A stretch of 62,661 nucleotides of DNA, the filler included, from Asterionella formosa (lineage: Eukaryota): the NCBI GenBank assembly GCA_002256025.1. It is 15 parts of 15 records of this genome, joined end to end, with 100 filler letters (N's around TTAATTAATTAA, not from the genome) between each part and the next. Parts side by side here need not be neighbours in the genome. Positions count along the whole stretch, not along the records: positions 59,894 to 61,227 come from NKIB01002941.1; positions 61,328 to 62,661 come from NKIB01002943.1; 13 more parts are not named here. One strand, given 5' to 3'. This document shows, one piece after another, positions 60,193 through 62,661 of this stretch. The notes under the pieces are model-generated. The model did not search any database. It saw nothing but the letters and a program-made list of their open reading frames with translations, and was not told the origin of the DNA. Position numbers and translations under genes: made by a program. Numbering within the stretch: the first letter of the stretch is position 1; every line of letters begins with the position of its first letter.

Positions 60193-61107
60193 GTATGTTG
60201 TTCCGATTTATCACCTGGTACCCGGTACCTGGTACCATACATGGATCTGCCGATGCCGGAAAATTTCATGGGCCTGAAGATATAAATTTAGTGTCATGCA
60301 CTACATTTTCTGCCGTTCATGGCCTGTCTATGGTGTTACGCGACATAAATTTATTGAAACCTATAATACCTGTAGTTGTGTGATCCCGTGTGTTAAACGG
60401 GACATCCTGGCGTGCCGGGATATACGTACCGGTGCCGCGTTACCATATGAGATTCGTTGAAACTCACAAAAGTCATCCTACGAACACCATTCTCATTTAC
60501 CGATACTCGTTTTGGCTAATGGCAGAAGTACCGCTGAGTATTTTGAAAGGGAGCTTACAAGTTTATATGTATTGACAGTAAGTACCGATGACCTTTTCGA
60601 TCCTGTCATACGCCAATCGTACAAATTCTGCACTGTACACTGGACAGGTACCTACATCACGATTGTCCGCGGACATATGCAATCGACAAGGATACTTAAC
60701 GCTATCACTACGGTACTCCCGTTTCTAAAAGCTGTACCTTGTACTTTTTCTCGTTACTGGAATCAGGTTTTGGATCGTGCAGCGACAGCTAATACCCCGA
60801 TAGTCATTGGGAGCCCCGCAGCGTCATCCTTGACATAAATTTGTTATTGGCCAACTCTACAAACGGTGCCGGTACGTACGTACCGATACTTAAAAGCCAG
60901 GATGACCAGTTTAACACACGGAATCACACAAGTACAGGTGTCGTAGGTTTCAATAAATTTATGTCGCGTAACACCATAGACAGGCCATGAATGGCAGAAA
61001 ATGTAGTACATGACACTAAATTTATATCTTCAGGCCCATGAAATTTTCCGGCACCGGCAGATCCATGTATGGTACCGGGTACCAGGTGATAAATCGGAAC
61101 AACATAC
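60193..61107. mobile_element. Non-autonomous element with ~215-bp terminal inverted repeats (MULE-like)
   Basis: 60193-60411 is the near-perfect reverse complement of 60896-61107; no TSD seen. Confidence 0.75.
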
Positions 61108-61227
61108 ACCTACCCTGCCACCAACCACTACACCTACCCTAGCACCAACCACCACACCTACCCGCTCACTAACCACCACACCTAGCTACCCGTTCACCAA
61201 CCACTACTCCTACCCGCTCACTAACCA
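61108..61227 (+). repeat. 24-bp minisatellite (could encode PTLPPTTT-type repeats)
   Basis: cctaccctgccaccaaccactaca-like units running into a gap. Confidence 0.75.
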
Positions 61228-61446
61228 NNNNNNNNNNNNNNNNNNNNNNNNNNNNNNNNNNNNNNNNNNNNTTAATTAATTAANNNNNNNNNNNNNNNNN
61301 NNNNNNNNNNNNNNNNNNNNNNNNNNNGTAGTAGTAGTAGTTGATGTTGTAGACACATTGTTTAGTCATTGTTGATTGTAGAGATTACAATAGCCTGCCA
61401 GATTAGAAATAAAGCACCGTTGGTACTCGTTGAGCATCGTTTAGCA

Positions 61447-61985
61447 TTGCATGTCTCCGTAGTGAATCGAAATTGAGATGTGCCACAATGGCCTTCTCCG
61501 TTTCGGAGCAGCTACAAATAGTCTACAGCAATAACTCGAGCAATTACAATATAGAAAAAAAGGAAAGGATGCTGAGTAGCTGACAATAAGGAATTGAATC
61601 CGTTATTTCGTTAAGAAACAGCTGTTGCATATATTATCCTTGCATATCGCCGTAATGAGTCAAAATTGAGATGTGCCGCAATGGCCTTCTCCGTTTCGGA
61701 GCAGCTACAAATAGTCTACGGCGATAACTCTAGCAGTTACAATGTAGAAAAAGAAGCAGAGGAGGAGCAGCTGTCAACGATCGAATTCGTAAATTCGTTT
61801 TGAAACAGCTGCTGCACATTTTAACATTCAATGCATGTTGCCGTATTGCTTCGAAATTGAGATTTGCTGCAATGGCATCCTTCTTTTTGGAGCAGCTACA
61901 AATACTCGAAAGAGCGATAACTCTAGCAAGTACAATATAGAAAAAGAAGGAAAGAATGAGTTGCTGTCAACAATTGAATTAGTAA
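61447..61985. repeat. Three diverged tandem ~192-bp units
   Basis: Units start near 61447, 61640 and 61831 and share aaattgagat..caatggc..ggagcagctacaaata..ataactc..acaat.tagaaaaa. Confidence 0.85.
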
Positions 61986-62070
61986 ATCAGTAATATTAGT
62001 AATAATTTTGGTTCCTAGTTCATTTGCCCTTTGACAATAGTCAATTCGTCAAAACTGAAACTCATTTTCA

Positions 62071-62514
62071 CTAAACTGGAGTGAAGTTCAATTGTCTTGC
62101 AACTTCTTTCATTGACCATTTGAAATACTCATATTCACTCCTAGTTTCATTTGCCACCTTGATTCTTTCATCTGTCGTCTCCACTGATTCTTCGTCTAAT
62201 TTGCTTTTCTTGAACATGTAAAAGTCCCTGTGCAACTTTGCGTAGATCTTCTTCTTAGCCACTTTGTATTTACTCTCGCCCTTTGCTGCGACCTCCTCGA
62301 ATGTTTTAATGTAGCTCTCGTCATTCATCATCCCTTCTTTAATTTCATCTCCAAAAAGGTCTGGGGGTGCAATGTTCTGATCAATACAAGCCTTATAAAT
62401 TTCACTCTTTTTCTTCATCCGAAGCTCCACATACATCCTTTTCTTCATCTCTTGGAAGTACCAATCTGTGGCACCCTTGACTTTGTCTGGGGGAAAGTGA
62501 ATAATCACGTTCAA
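62071..62514 (-). other. K/E-rich ORF of unknown function, 5' end unclear (possibly TE-associated or a pseudogene)
   Basis: 147 open codons with protein-like composition; in-frame stop upstream and no clear ATG start. Confidence 0.35.
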
Positions 62515-62661
62515 ACTCTTTGTACTCTTTGAACTCTTTGCACTCTTAGTACTACCAGTTGTTATCGTTGAAGTTCTTCCTGAAATAACTTGTGGAGTCT
62601 ATCCACTGCTGGAAGATGCCGGAGTTGTGCTTACTGAAAGAGAAATGGCCACTAGATCATT

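Noticed and set aside
21944..61326. Recurrent TTAATTAATTAA centred in 100-bp N runs
   Set aside because: Artificial scaffolding spacer with stops in all six frames; not biological. ORFs made of X residues are likewise artefacts.

Overview
Eukaryotic nuclear DNA, most likely from a diatom. The evidence is short GT-AG introns, signal-peptide plus 'AF' plastid presequences and diatom-style Ty1/copia remnants; the species cannot be determined from the sequence. It is a draft scaffold with N gaps, many carrying an artificial TTAATTAATTAA spacer, so contig order and orientation right of ~44 kb are unreliable. The region from ~2.7 to 28 kb is gene-dense: a coiled-coil protein, MCM4, SAS10/UTP3, a putative glycosyltransferase, a nucleoplasmin-type FKBP, plastid G3P dehydrogenase, a YidD-like protein, a DeSI/PPPDE peptidase, a NASP-like protein, gamma-glutamyltranspeptidase and a 2OG-Fe(II) oxygenase. 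The rest mixes scattered genes (DGQHR/ParB-like protein, APC polyamine transporter, COPI-associated/EF-hand protein, CDIN1-like nuclease) with many transposon remnants (copia, LINE, Harbinger, Plavaka, MITE/foldback). The main signals the ORF track misses or does not explain are: (1) a 4-exon, apparently plastid-targeted peroxiredoxin-like selenoprotein with an in-frame UGA in a UxxC motif and a 3' SECIS-like hairpin; (2) two paralogous box H/ACA snoRNA-like sequences with compensatory base changes, one inside the SAS10 intron and one in an apparent non-coding host; (3) a probably mitochondrial DGQHR/ParB-like protein; (4) GGTACC palindrome clusters concentrated upstream of genes.
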